A stretch of DNA of 64,000 nt from Thermoproteota archaeon (GCA_027491415.1 JAOZFH010000056.1:1-64000), one strand, 5' to 3'; positions 36,723-46,467 are shown, numbered from the stretch's first letter. The notes: generated by a model from the letters alone, not told the origin. Numbers and translations: made by a program.

Positions 36723-37898
36723 TCAGCCCTGAGGGATCTCTCCCCGTTGGAGTGAGATTATCAGGTGGGCTAGCACGTTTGCCATATCGACGGCCGAGTC
36801 CAGATCGACGTACTCATCGGGAGAGTGCCTATTCCCCCCTGACGGCCCGAAAATTACCGCGGGGATCTGCGCCAGGTTGTGGAGGTAGCTAGCGTCGCTG
36901 ACAGTTGGTACGATCACGGTCTCCACGCCCCTGCCGGGCAGGGCCTCCTTGTAGGCCTCTGAGAAGGCCGCCAGGAAGGGGTGGTCGTCGGGTAGCTCGA
37001 AGGGGGTAAGGAAGGGGGTGGGCCTCTTGATTGGAGACACCTTCACCTCTGCCCGGAGCCCCTTGACACGCTTCAGGTAAGAGAGGAATTTCCTCTTGGC
37101 CGACGCCTCCTCTTCGCCAGGTGGGTAGTGTCTGTCCAGTCTCAATATGCAGAGGTCGGGGTGGACGATGATCGTCTCCTTCGACTTGATGCTGAGCGGC
37201 GCGACGGACCCTCCACCCGAAGACTTCTGTTTGGGGTAGTCGACGGCCCACAGGACGAGCTTCGCCGCCTCAACAATCGCGTTGACGCCCTCCTGCTCGA
37301 CGTCGGTCGAGGCCCTCCCCCTAACCTCAACGTCGAAGACCAGTCGGCCGTAGGCCCCACGTCCAATCCTCAACGAGGTCGGAGAACCCACCACGGCGCC
37401 TACTGAGCTGTTGGCCTTTCCGCTCTTTACAAACTCGTAAGTGCCCCGGCTGTATCCCTCCTCATCGCACACGGCTACCAGCATCACACCCCTCTCAAGG
37501 GTGGATGTGCCTCCGAGCGCGTTCACCGCCGCGAGGGTGGCTTCTATCATAGCAGCCAGGGAGGACTTGGCGTCAAGGGATCCCAGCCCGTAAACCCTAT
37601 TGTCCTCAACCTCTCCCCAGGGACTCCTGGTCCAGCCCGCGAAGACCTCCGTTGTATCCATGTGAGAGAGGAGGATTATCTTGTCCTTGGAGGTGTCTCC
37701 GAAGTGGGCAATCACGTTTCCACCGCAGTCAGGGACGGGCTGGTTCTCGACTCGATCGGCCACCGACGAGAGTCTGTCGATTAGGTAGTCGGCTATCTGA
37801 CCCTCGTCCCCGCTGTAGCTCTTTATGGACACGAGGTTCAGCAGAGTCCTCTTGAGGGATTCGGGATCTACCCTCGGGCTGGGACTCATCCTCCACAC
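36723..37898 (-). CDS. M20/ArgE/DapE family metallohydrolase (divergent active site)
   Basis: SHMDT, GLGSLDAKS, CDEE, GVNAI, GP..HSPDEY. Confidence 0.88.
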   Translation of the reverse strand: MWRMSPSPRVDPESLKRTLLNLVSIKSYSGDEGQIADYLIDRLSSVADRVENQPVPDCGGNVIAHFGDTSKDKIILLSHMDTTEVFAGWTRSPWGEVEDNRVYGLGSLDAKSSLAAMIEATLAAVNALGGTSTLERGVMLVAVCDEEGYSRGTYEFVKSGKANSSVGAVVGSPTSLRIGRGAYGRLVFDVEVRGRASTDVEQEGVNAIVEAAKLVLWAVDYPKQKSSGGGSVAPLSIKSKETIIVHPDLCILRLDRHYPPGEEEASAKRKFLSYLKRVKGLRAEVKVSPIKRPTPFLTPFELPDDHPFLAAFSEAYKEALPGRGVETVIVPTVSDASYLHNLAQIPAVIFGPSGGNRHSPDEYVDLDSAVDMANVLAHLIISLQRGEIPQG

Positions 37899-37928
37899 CT
37901 TGCGGCAAGATTGGATAAATAGTTGGAA

Positions 37929-38537
37929 TTACGGCTGAGGCCTCCAAGACGCCCTTAGTGGGACGAACTCCTCCCTAATTCCCTCCTCAGTCACTACGAG
38001 GATGTCTATCCCGTCGCCAGACATGGCGTCCCTCTCAATGGCCGCAATCATGGCTCTCTTGGCCAGCTCGATGGCTTCAGACTCTGACATGTCTTTCCTG
38101 AACTCCCTCTCAAGAATCCCGGTTGCGAGCTGGGCCCCTGTTCCCTCCGCCGCGAAGTCGTCTTCTAGCATTCCTCCGGCCGCGTCCACCGCGATTATCT
38201 TGGGTCCCTCAGGAGATAGGCCTCCAACCACCACCTCAGCCAAGAAGAACCGCGTGAACCTCCCGCTGTAGAGCAGGATCGAGAGCAGGCGGGCCACGTT
38301 GGAGGGGGTCGCCTTCCTCCCCTCGTCCATCTCGTAGATCCTCACGTTATAGACGAGCGAATCGTAGAGTTCCTGCATGTCTGCTGGGATCCCGGAAAAC
38401 GCCACACCTACGTGATCGTTCACTGGGAAGACCTTTCGGGCTGCCCTACTCAGCACGAAAGTCCCGTAGGAGACCCTCCTATCGGCCGCAAGCACAACGC
38501 CGTTCTTGAACTTTAGTCCAAGTGCCGTGGCTAACAC
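37929..38537 (-). CDS. psmB: Proteasome beta subunit (probably catalytically inactive type)
   Basis: GVVLAADRR, SGIPADMQ, G.LE..F, ERDAMSGDG; N-terminus ATALG instead of G|TTTVG. Confidence 0.9.
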   Translation of the reverse strand: MLATALGLKFKNGVVLAADRRVSYGTFVLSRAARKVFPVNDHVGVAFSGIPADMQELYDSLVYNVRIYEMDEGRKATPSNVARLLSILLYSGRFTRFFLAEVVVGGLSPEGPKIIAVDAAGGMLEDDFAAEGTGAQLATGILEREFRKDMSESEAIELAKRAMIAAIERDAMSGDGIDILVVTEEGIREEFVPLRASWRPQP

Positions 38538-38614
38538 CGTCTTTTATCGCCTCCAGAGGACCAGCCTGAGGAGTATTAAAACGCTGATAGGAGGCCTGAA
38601 AATTGAGAGCATGA

Positions 38615-38688
38615 AGCCCCGGGCGGGATTCGAACCCGCGACCCCCGCCTTACCAAGGCGGTGCTCCGCCGGGCTGAGCTACCGGGGC
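38615..38688 (-). tRNA. tRNA-Thr(GGT)
   Basis: Anticodon arm CCGCC-TTGGTAA-GGCGG; U73 discriminator; followed by TCA (CCA not encoded). Confidence 0.95.
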
Positions 38689-38737
38689 GCCGGTTTTGGA
38701 TCGGCCACCGGGATATTTAAAGCTTCGCAGGGCGTTC

Positions 38738-39070
38738 TCACGTCACCCCTGATCTTCCCCTCACGGCCAAGAGGTAGTGCATATCCATGAACTTGTAGCG
38801 AACTCTGAGAACGTGCTCTAGACTCTCAGAGAATGCGCAAGGGGCTCTGCAGTTTGGTGGCCTCTTGGCAGAGGCCGCGATCCTCATCCACTCCTCGCTC
38901 AAGCCGGCGAATCTGGAGGACTTTGTCACGCCATCCACAAACGCTAGAGCGAGGTCCGCGACGAGTTCAAGCGCCTTCTCCTGATTTATCCCGTTGGCCC
39001 GGGCAACCTCCTTCGCGGCGGCCCTAAGCCGCTCCCTGGCTCTTATGACCTCCTCGGTGAAATCCGACAT
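38738..39070 (-). CDS. Hypothetical protein between two tRNA genes
   Basis: ATG start, helical composition, CxxxC motif; no family recognised. Confidence 0.55.
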   Translation of the reverse strand: MSDFTEEVIRARERLRAAAKEVARANGINQEKALELVADLALAFVDGVTKSSRFAGLSEEWMRIAASAKRPPNCRAPCAFSESLEHVLRVRYKFMDMHYLLAVRGRSGVT

Positions 39071-39137
39071 GGCGGGAATTCCCGCAGAGTTATCGGATTA
39101 ATGGTTTCAGGTGTATCTCCCCCAGCTGAAGAGAGTG

Positions 39138-39230
39138 TGGTGCGGCCGCCGGGATTTGAACCCGGGTCTGGGGCTCGCCTCGCGGAGGCTTGGAGGGCCC
39201 CCATCCTGGTCCAGGCTAGACCACGGCCGC
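39138..39230 (-). tRNA. tRNA-Gly(TCC) with a 15-nt intron at 37/38 (39176-39190)
   Basis: GCGGCCG acceptor stem; BHB with central helix CCUC/GAGG; encoded CCA; position 33 is C. Confidence 0.9.
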
Positions 39231-39297
39231 TCGATCCTGAGAGACGCTCCCCGAATATATCTCTTACCCGTCCACACTGAATCGTGGGTGGTGAGGC

Positions 39298-40572
39298 TCA
39301 GGCGGGCCTATACTCGACCCCGCCTTCAATAAACCCATAGCCGACGAGCCTCCACCTCCCCCCTATCCTCATGGAGATGGCAACCCTCTGACCCTGCTCA
39401 GCGCACACCGGTATTCTCAGAAGGGCTCTAAGGTTGTCTTCGGGGTCTATCGCCTTTACTATCGCTGGAACTGTGGCGGTTCCCACGTTCAGGGTTATCA
39501 GCTCCTTAAGCTTGGGTTTGCGCACTTCAATCTCCTCACGGAGCCCAACTATCCTCTCGAGGAACTTGGCCTTGATGTCGAGTTCCTGCCAAGTGGGAGG
39601 TAGCTCGCCCGGCAGGCCGACTACGTTCCCAACCATGTTGTCAGCCTTCGTCAGGGCTGGGTCCAGCTTGGTCCCTACGCCTATCAGACCGCCAGCTATC
39701 GCGTAGTGGAGCTCGGTATTCTCGCTTCTGAGACTCACAATCTCCGTGGTTATGGGGATGAACTTCCCGCCCGCGTAGATGCCGGGCCTCAGCTCTATTT
39801 CGTCTCCCACGGAGAACTTGCCTTGTACGATGGTCCCCCCGAGGACTCCACCCACGAGCTTGTCTGGGCGAGTTCCGGGTTTGTTGACATCGAAGGACCT
39901 CGCGACGTACATCCTAGGAGGCTTGGTCAGGTCCCTCTCGGGCGGGGCGAACCTCCTCACCATCTCTCGAACAAGGAAGTCTATGTTCACGCCGTTGATG
40001 GCGGAGACCGGGATCACAGGGGGCACCTCGTCCAAGTTCCTCCTCAGGAACTCGACTATCTTCTCGTAGTTCTCTACCGCCTTCTCGTCGTCCACGAGCT
40101 CTATCTTGGTCTGAACCGCGATTATCTGCCTGACTCCCATTATCTTGAGGGCGGCCAGGTGCTCCCTCGTCTGGGGCTGTGGGACGTCCTCGTTGGCCGC
40201 TATCACCAGAAGCGCAGCGTCCATCAGCGTCGAGCCCGCGAGCATGGTGGCCATCAGCGTGTCGTGCCCGGGGCAGTCCACCAGAGAGATCTTCCTCATG
40301 AGGACAGTCTTCTCCCCGGGATGGAGGGGGCACTCCCTAGAGGTCGTGTAGCAAGACGGGTCGTCGTCTTCGCAGCTGGGACATTTCCTGAGATCCGCGT
40401 TAGCGTAGCCTAGCTTTATCGTTATCCCCCTCTTGAGCTCCTCGCTGTGTCTCTCCGGCCAGATCCCCGTAAGTGCCTGAACCAACGTGGACTTCCCGTG
40501 GTCGACATGACCAGCGGTCCCCACATTCATCTCGGGCTGAAGCGGCTCCCCGTCGGGCCCCCTCTCGGCCAA
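39298..40572 (-). CDS. eif2g: Translation initiation factor aIF2 gamma
   Basis: GHVDHGKS, RGITIKLGYA, DCPGH, RSFDVNKPG, RWRLVGYG. Confidence 0.96.
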   Translation of the reverse strand: MAERGPDGEPLQPEMNVGTAGHVDHGKSTLVQALTGIWPERHSEELKRGITIKLGYANADLRKCPSCEDDDPSCYTTSRECPLHPGEKTVLMRKISLVDCPGHDTLMATMLAGSTLMDAALLVIAANEDVPQPQTREHLAALKIMGVRQIIAVQTKIELVDDEKAVENYEKIVEFLRRNLDEVPPVIPVSAINGVNIDFLVREMVRRFAPPERDLTKPPRMYVARSFDVNKPGTRPDKLVGGVLGGTIVQGKFSVGDEIELRPGIYAGGKFIPITTEIVSLRSENTELHYAIAGGLIGVGTKLDPALTKADNMVGNVVGLPGELPPTWQELDIKAKFLERIVGLREEIEVRKPKLKELITLNVGTATVPAIVKAIDPEDNLRALLRIPVCAEQGQRVAISMRIGGRWRLVGYGFIEGGVEYRPA

Positions 40573-40592
40573 ATGAACCCCCCTCTAATTCC

Positions 40593-41015
40593 TCACTCCA
40601 CGGAGGCCTCTTCCTTGGGTAAGTAGTCCTCCAAAGGGGTGGAACCCTTCTCGATGACTTTCAGGTTGATCTGCTTGGTGTACTCGGAGATCACATTACC
40701 CCTAACCGTCTTGGCCCTCCTCTCCCCCTCTCTAGTTGGGTGGAATCCAGGAGGACCTGAGAGAAGCGCCCGCCTCTTGCCGGGGCCCTGGAGCCCTGGG
40801 TGCATGGGGAAGCCGTCTCGGTCGGTACCCCCGGTGATCTTGAACGAGTAACCAGGGAAGCCTATAGCGTCTCCGTGGACCACCTCGCCTATCCTCTTAC
40901 CTATTAGTGGTACCAGCCTCTCCTCGGGAACCTGAAAGTGGTAGGTCCTCCCAGTCTCAGGATCGGCTATGTCGAACACTATTACGTTCTCTTCCTTTCT
41001 CTTTCTCGCGTACAA
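40593..41015 (-). CDS. rps6e: 30S ribosomal protein S6e
   Basis: KITGGTDRDGFPM, GERRAKTVRGN, QINLKV. Confidence 0.95.
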   Translation of the reverse strand: MYARKRKEENVIVFDIADPETGRTYHFQVPEERLVPLIGKRIGEVVHGDAIGFPGYSFKITGGTDRDGFPMHPGLQGPGKRRALLSGPPGFHPTREGERRAKTVRGNVISEYTKQINLKVIEKGSTPLEDYLPKEEASVE

Positions 41016-41069
41016 ACGCTACACCTCCTCGTCACGCGAGAACTAGTTCCAGCAAAATAAAGCTGACCC

Positions 41070-42854
41070 TCACCGCCTCATCCTTAGGGCGAGTATCCGT
41101 CGGTAGAGTTCCTTCTCCTCCTCGGAGAGCATCGCGAAGAACATTGATCTCTTCTTGGGATCGTAAACATCGAACACCTCCGTGTAGAGCGTCCTGCCTG
41201 GTTTCACGTTCCTGCCGACTACCCCGCCCCTTATCGAGACGGCCACCTTGTCCCCGGCCTTGGCCTCCGGAAGCCTAACCCCCCTGTCCTGGATGTCCTG
41301 GATGACTCCGACCCTCCTCCCCGACTCGTTTATGAGGGGATAACCCGGCCTGATCTTCCCCCTGAGGACCTCAACCCCCACTATGGCTGGGTCGCTCCTT
41401 CGGAAGATGTAATCAGGGAGAATAAAAATCTCGGCCGGATATACCACGCTCGAGAGGAGTTCCTGTATCTCCCTCCTCTTTAGCTCCTCCAAGTATGACT
41501 CGAATTTCTCTATGAGCTGGTATATGATCACGTCGTGGAATATCTTGATGCCCCTGCTCTTGGCTTCCTGCTCTGCCTCCTCCGTGACCTTGACGTTGAA
41601 AGCGATCACTACTGCGTACTTCGGATCGTCGGACTTCATCGCGTGAGCCTCGAAAACGTCCGTCTTAGTCACAGGGCCAATATCTGCCCTCCTGACGGGG
41701 ATCCCCTTCGACCTCAGGTGGGAAACCAGGGCCTCTAGCGTCCCCAGGGTGTCCGCCTTGGCTATCACGCCCACCTTGTCTGTCCTGATCAGTATGGCGC
41801 CGACTTCCTCCTCGACGGCCTTAACGGCCCTCTGGAGCTTCTCGGGGTTCCTGACCACGAACAGCGGCGAGCCAGCGACGGCTCCCTCGAGGTCGACGGC
41901 GGAGACCATCACGCCAGCCGCCGCGCTTGCGGACGGCACCCTCTGGAACTTTGCCCCGGGTGCCCTCATCTCATCGAGGGGTCTCGGGCGGAAGAGGGCG
42001 CGCACCTTCGTCACGATAGCCCCCCTGAGGCCAGCCAGCACAATGGTATCCCCCTCTCTAAGTTCTCCGTCGTAGATTATCGCGGTGATGACTGTTCCGA
42101 GCCCGTGCATGGTTTTGACCTCTAGGACGACGCCCCTACCCTCTTCAGAGGTGATCTCAAGCCTGTCGAGCATGTACCTCTGGACGAGACCCAAGAGTAT
42201 GGCCAGCAGGTCCGGGACCCCTTCCCCAGTAGTGGCGCTCGTCGGGACTACGGCGAACGTTCGCGTGAAGTCGGTGATCCTGTCGTATCGCTCCGCATTG
42301 ATTCCGTGCTCCGCCAGCTGTCCCAAGATCGTGTAGAATCTCCGCTCAAACTCTGCTATGGCCCTCGGGGGCTGCTCCTTGAATGACTCTATGAAGGGCG
42401 CGCCGGGCTTGCTCCTCCATCCCGCTATGAGGTCAATCTTGTTCAGGGCTATGACGAACGGGGTCTTCCTCTCCCTCAGGATGTTTATCGACTCCACCGT
42501 CTGGGGCTGAACTCCCCCCATGATGTCTATGACCAGTATCGCGACGTCGGCGGCCGAACCACCCCTCTTCCTGAGGTTGGAGAAAACCTCGTGACCTGGA
42601 AGGTCTATGAAGAGCAGCCCCTTTGTCTTCAGCTCGAAGCGGACTCCGAGGGACTTGAACACCGGCTCACAGACCCTCTCGATGACATCCGCAGGGACCT
42701 CGGACGCTCCGACATGCTGGGTTATCGAGCCCGGCTCCTTCGCGGCCACGCGGGTCTTCCTTATGTAGTCCAGCAGAGTCGTCTTTCCCGAGTCAACGTG
42801 GCCAAGGACGGCCACCAGCGGCTGACGATACCTCGGGGGGCGCTCCTCAGACAT
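41070..42854 (-). CDS. infB: Translation initiation factor aIF5B (IF-2)
   Basis: RQPLVAVLGHVDSGKT, ITQHVGA, DLPGHE.FSNLRKRGGS, ADTLGTLEAL. Confidence 0.96.
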   Translation of the reverse strand: MSEERPPRYRQPLVAVLGHVDSGKTTLLDYIRKTRVAAKEPGSITQHVGASEVPADVIERVCEPVFKSLGVRFELKTKGLLFIDLPGHEVFSNLRKRGGSAADVAILVIDIMGGVQPQTVESINILRERKTPFVIALNKIDLIAGWRSKPGAPFIESFKEQPPRAIAEFERRFYTILGQLAEHGINAERYDRITDFTRTFAVVPTSATTGEGVPDLLAILLGLVQRYMLDRLEITSEEGRGVVLEVKTMHGLGTVITAIIYDGELREGDTIVLAGLRGAIVTKVRALFRPRPLDEMRAPGAKFQRVPSASAAAGVMVSAVDLEGAVAGSPLFVVRNPEKLQRAVKAVEEEVGAILIRTDKVGVIAKADTLGTLEALVSHLRSKGIPVRRADIGPVTKTDVFEAHAMKSDDPKYAVVIAFNVKVTEEAEQEAKSRGIKIFHDVIIYQLIEKFESYLEELKRREIQELLSSVVYPAEIFILPDYIFRRSDPAIVGVEVLRGKIRPGYPLINESGRRVGVIQDIQDRGVRLPEAKAGDKVAVSIRGGVVGRNVKPGRTLYTEVFDVYDPKKRSMFFAMLSEEEKELYRRILALRMRR

Positions 42855-43074
42855 TCTGGCCGAGTCTCCTCTTCTGCTTGAGCTCCCTGGCCTTTGCGGT
42901 CCACCTGACCCTCTCGGGCTTCCTGCCCAGGTGGAGCATGTTCTTCGCGCACTTGGACGAGCAGAAGTACCAGATGGTGCCGTCCGCCAGGACGTACATC
43001 CAGCCCTTCCCGGGCTCTATTTCAGCCCCACAGAACTTGCACGTCTTCAGCGCCCTGTAAGCCGCCTTGCTCAA
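42847..43074 (-). CDS. rpl24e: 50S ribosomal protein L24e
   Basis: CKFCG.EIEPGKG, FCSSKC, RKP..VRWT. Confidence 0.95.
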   Translation of the reverse strand: MSKAAYRALKTCKFCGAEIEPGKGWMYVLADGTIWYFCSSKCAKNMLHLGRKPERVRWTAKARELKQKRRLGQNV

Positions 43075-43089
43075 GCTTATCCCCTCGCC

Positions 43090-43308
43090 TCACCTCGGCT
43101 TCAGCTTGCGGGCCTCCATCTCAGTCTCCCTGAGCAGGAGGATGTCGCCGAGCCTGACGGGCCCCTTCACATTCCTGGTCAGGACTCTCCCCCTGTCCTT
43201 TCCCGCGAGAACCTTCGCCCTCACTTGGATCACGTCGCCGGCAACTCCCGTCCTCCCAATTATCTCCACGACCTCAGCTGGATACGCCTTGTCCTGTTCG
43301 GAGGACAC
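43090..43308 (-). CDS. rps28e: 30S ribosomal protein S28e
   Basis: [29 protein letters not shown]. Confidence 0.96.
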   Translation of the reverse strand: MSSEQDKAYPAEVVEIIGRTGVAGDVIQVRAKVLAGKDRGRVLTRNVKGPVRLGDILLLRETEMEARKLKPR

Positions 43309-43374
43309 TTCACCTACCTCCCGTCGGTCCTGAGAGAGATCGAGGGTATATTAACCCGCCGCGGAGGGGGAGGC

Positions 43375-43767
43375 CTACGAAGAGGACTTCTTGACCTCCT
43401 CTATCTTCTCCACGAGGGCCTCCATGAGGCTCTTGGCCTGACCCGGATCGATTATGGCGACCGAGGAGGAGGCTACCTCTATGCCCGCCGCCTTCCCCAG
43501 CTCAGCCTTGCTGGGAACGTAGGCGTATGGAACGTTCTTCTCGTCGCAAAGCAGCGGGATGTGGGCCACTATCTCAGGCGGATCGACATCCTCGGCTACG
43601 ACGACAAACACGGCCTCGCCACGCTCTATGGACTTCGTCGTCTCGTTGACGCCCTTTCTGATCTTACCCCCGGTCGTCCTAGCGAGCTCGATGAGCTCGT
43701 ATATCTTGGGAACCAGGTCCTCAGGGGTCTCGAACTTCACGTAGAAGGGTTTGTCTCCTGCGGTCAT
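43375..43767 (-). CDS. rpl7ae: Ribosomal/RNP protein L7Ae
   Basis: [35 protein letters not shown]. Confidence 0.96.
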   Translation of the reverse strand: MTAGDKPFYVKFETPEDLVPKIYELIELARTTGGKIRKGVNETTKSIERGEAVFVVVAEDVDPPEIVAHIPLLCDEKNVPYAYVPSKAELGKAAGIEVASSSVAIIDPGQAKSLMEALVEKIEEVKKSSS

Positions 43768-43770
43768 CCT

Positions 43771-44895
43771 TCATCCCCACCCTACAAGCCATCGAGGCGA
43801 CTTCATCCCGGGTTTATAAACTTGCCATCCGGGGCCCAGCCTCTGTTGGAGCCACTGAAGCGGCTCGCCTGTTACGACCGCACGACCTCGGAGCCTCAGC
43901 TCGGCTGGAGTCCTGCATCCCGCCAAGAACAGGGCCCACCTAAGCTCTGAGATGAACCTCTCCATGGCGTCCCTGAGAGAATCCCTCCCTCCCCTGTAGA
44001 AGGCTCGGAGGAAGGGGAGGGCGGCCCCGGCCATGTGGGCGCCGAGGGCTATCACCTTCGCGGCGTCCACCCCGCTGCGGACTCCGCCAGAGCCGATCAC
44101 CTTGACCCTAGACGTGAGAGAGGACACCTCGGCGACGCTCACCGGTGTCGGTATCCCCCAGGTCGTGAATCTGAATGGGGAGGGCGCCAGTATGTGGTCC
44201 TGCGGGTACCTCAGCCCCTCCACTATCGCCCAGTGAGTCCCGCCCGCGCCGCCGACATCAATCGCGTACGCCCCTGCCCTCTCTATGGCTCGCGCGGTCT
44301 CCCCCGAGATTCCGGTCCCGGTCTCCTTGACCACTATGGGCACGCCTGCCTCCCGTGCGAGGTCCCTCAGGGCCGCAAGGACCCCGGCGTACGTAGGGTC
44401 TCCCTCGGGCTGGACGACCTCTTGGAGCGCGTTTAGGTGAATTGCAACGGCGTCGGCTTCTATCATTGACGCAACCTCTTGAACGTTGCGGAGGCCCCGC
44501 TCACCGGTGATGTGGGTGGCCCCAATGTTCGCTATGAGCGGAACGTCGGGGGCCTCCTCTCTCCCCACTCTATATGTGCCGATGAGCTCGGGATGCTCCA
44601 GGGCCGCCCTCTGGCTGCCAACCCCTATGGCAACGCGAAACTCCTCTGCCACCGATGCCAGGGCCCTGTTTATCCTCTCCGCGGCCTCGTGTCCTCCGGT
44701 CATGCCCTCGATGATGAGGGGCGCGGCGACGGTCCTTCCTAAGAAGTCTGTTTCGAGGTTTACCTGGTCGAGGTCCATCTCGGGAAGGGCCTCGTGCGGA
44801 ATGTGTATCTGCGGCAGCCAATTGAGTCTCAGGGCCTCCACTTCCCGATCACGGGCTATGAGCAGGTGATCCAACTTTCGGGAAGGCGTGCTCAA
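43771..44895 (-). CDS. fni: Type 2 isopentenyl-diphosphate isomerase
   Basis: RKLDHL, GMTGG, GVGSQR, HLN.LQE..QPEGD, KETG.G, GAGGTHW, SGGVRSG. Confidence 0.94.
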   Translation of the reverse strand: MSTPSRKLDHLLIARDREVEALRLNWLPQIHIPHEALPEMDLDQVNLETDFLGRTVAAPLIIEGMTGGHEAAERINRALASVAEEFRVAIGVGSQRAALEHPELIGTYRVGREEAPDVPLIANIGATHITGERGLRNVQEVASMIEADAVAIHLNALQEVVQPEGDPTYAGVLAALRDLAREAGVPIVVKETGTGISGETARAIERAGAYAIDVGGAGGTHWAIVEGLRYPQDHILAPSPFRFTTWGIPTPVSVAEVSSLTSRVKVIGSGGVRSGVDAAKVIALGAHMAGAALPFLRAFYRGGRDSLRDAMERFISELRWALFLAGCRTPAELRLRGRAVVTGEPLQWLQQRLGPGWQVYKPGMKSPRWLVGWG

Positions 44896-45740
44896 GCGCG
44901 CACCACCACCGACGCGTAACCCACTACGGCCGAGTAATCCCCGGTGGTCTCACCGCTGTGAGTGTAGGCCAGGAGTTCAGCCTTCTCAGCCCCCATGAGC
45001 CTCGAGGCAACGAGCATGGCGGCCGCCGGGCCGTATCCACACATGGAGATGTTCAGCGCAGAGATTGCCTCGTAGAGGGCCTCCACGTTCATGGAGATGA
45101 TCGCCTCCAAGGCCCTTCTGTCCTTCCTCTCGGCCACCTCGGCCGGCTCATAGTGAGACATATCGGAGGAGGCTATCACGACGCAGTCCCTCCCCAAGCT
45201 TGAGCATGCCGAGGCGATGGCGGAGCCAAGTGATGTGGCGGCCCCCGGGGACTGATCTAGCATTGCTACTGGGACGATCTTCACTTCTCCAAATACAGCC
45301 TGTATGAAGGGGAGCTGAACTTCCAGAGAGTGCTCCTTCAGGTGGGCAAGCTTGTCGAACCGTGCCAAGGGGCAGCTCTCCCGTATCTCAGCCGCCAACT
45401 CGGAGTCGATGGGGACTCTCCCCAGAGGAGTTTCCCAGAACCCTCCCGGGTAGACGGAGATCATCTCACCCAGTCCGGTGTGGTTGGGTCCCACCAAGAC
45501 GAAGACGTCCGGCATGCCGTCTTCTGCCAACTTCGCGTACGCCGTGGCCGCGACGTGGCCCGAGTAGACGTATCCGGCGTGAGGGCACATGGCGCCCCTT
45601 ATTGAGCGGGGGCCGGATTCGGAGGCTCGGGGTATCTGTGCGTAACCTGCCCTACTGAAGGCCTCCTTCAGCGAGCGTAAGAGGGAGGATGGACCTGCAG
45701 GATAGAAGAACCCGGCGACGGCAGGCCTCCTGACGCTCAT
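44892..45740 (-). CDS. MEMO1-family protein
   Basis: RRPAVAGFFYP, PHAGYVYSG, GPNHTG, EHSLEVQLPF, SSDMSHY, SMCG, VVGYAS. Confidence 0.94.
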   Translation of the reverse strand: MSVRRPAVAGFFYPAGPSSLLRSLKEAFSRAGYAQIPRASESGPRSIRGAMCPHAGYVYSGHVAATAYAKLAEDGMPDVFVLVGPNHTGLGEMISVYPGGFWETPLGRVPIDSELAAEIRESCPLARFDKLAHLKEHSLEVQLPFIQAVFGEVKIVPVAMLDQSPGAATSLGSAIASACSSLGRDCVVIASSDMSHYEPAEVAERKDRRALEAIISMNVEALYEAISALNISMCGYGPAAAMLVASRLMGAEKAELLAYTHSGETTGDYSAVVGYASVVVRA

Positions 45741-45795
45741 GTTGTTCTCCCGGTTGATGGGAGTGGGCGAATGAAAAACTGTATCGGGGGAAATG

Positions 45796-46467
45796 TCACA
45801 TTATCCCCATGATCCTCGTGGCGAAGGCCTCGTAGCCCTCTGGGAGTTCGCCGTCAGGGGGAAGGTCTCCCCTCACCCTCAAGACCTCGCGGGCCAGCAG
45901 CCAGAAGATGAAGGCTAGGGATCTCCTACCCTTGTTGTTTGCGGGTATAGCGAGATCTATGTTCTCCAAGGTGTTGTCAGCGTCGACCAAGGCTATCACG
46001 GGTATGCCGACCTTGGCGCTCTCGTCATGGATCTGCTTGTCCACCCGGGGGTCTGAGAGTAAGACCACCTCGGGCTCGGTGTAGGAGGGAGACTGTGGGT
46101 TCGTCAGGAGCCCTGGAAGGATGCGGCCGGTGATCGCCTTGGCGCCCACGTACTCCGCGAACTTCCTGACGGGCTTGAACCCGTAGATCCTTGCCGAAAC
46201 CACCAAGATCTTCTCCGGATTCATTCGGGCGAGGAACTTGGCCGCGACCCTGATTCTTTCGTCAGTCTTGCGAATGTCTATCATGCAGAGCCCGTCGGGC
46301 CTCACCTTGTAGATGAACTTCTCCATGTCCTTGGTCCTGACCTTCGTGCCCACGTGTATCCCGGCGGAGAGGTACTTCTGCCTGGGGACCAGCAGGTCCT
46401 TGTCCTCGACGGGTATGGACATGAACTCGTCCCGAGCGTCCGGCATTTTTCGCATCACCCGCACCAA
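45796..46467 (-). CDS. rps2: 30S ribosomal protein S2
   Basis: [23 protein letters not shown]; exact start uncertain. Confidence 0.95.
   Translation of the reverse strand: MVRVMRKMPDARDEFMSIPVEDKDLLVPRQKYLSAGIHVGTKVRTKDMEKFIYKVRPDGLCMIDIRKTDERIRVAAKFLARMNPEKILVVSARIYGFKPVRKFAEYVGAKAITGRILPGLLTNPQSPSYTEPEVVLLSDPRVDKQIHDESAKVGIPVIALVDADNTLENIDLAIPANNKGRRSLAFIFWLLAREVLRVRGDLPPDGELPEGYEAFATRIMGIM

Noticed and set aside
38615-39230. Integrated element between tRNA-Thr and tRNA-Gly
   Set aside because: No integrase and no duplicated tRNA end (att site); only one small ORF
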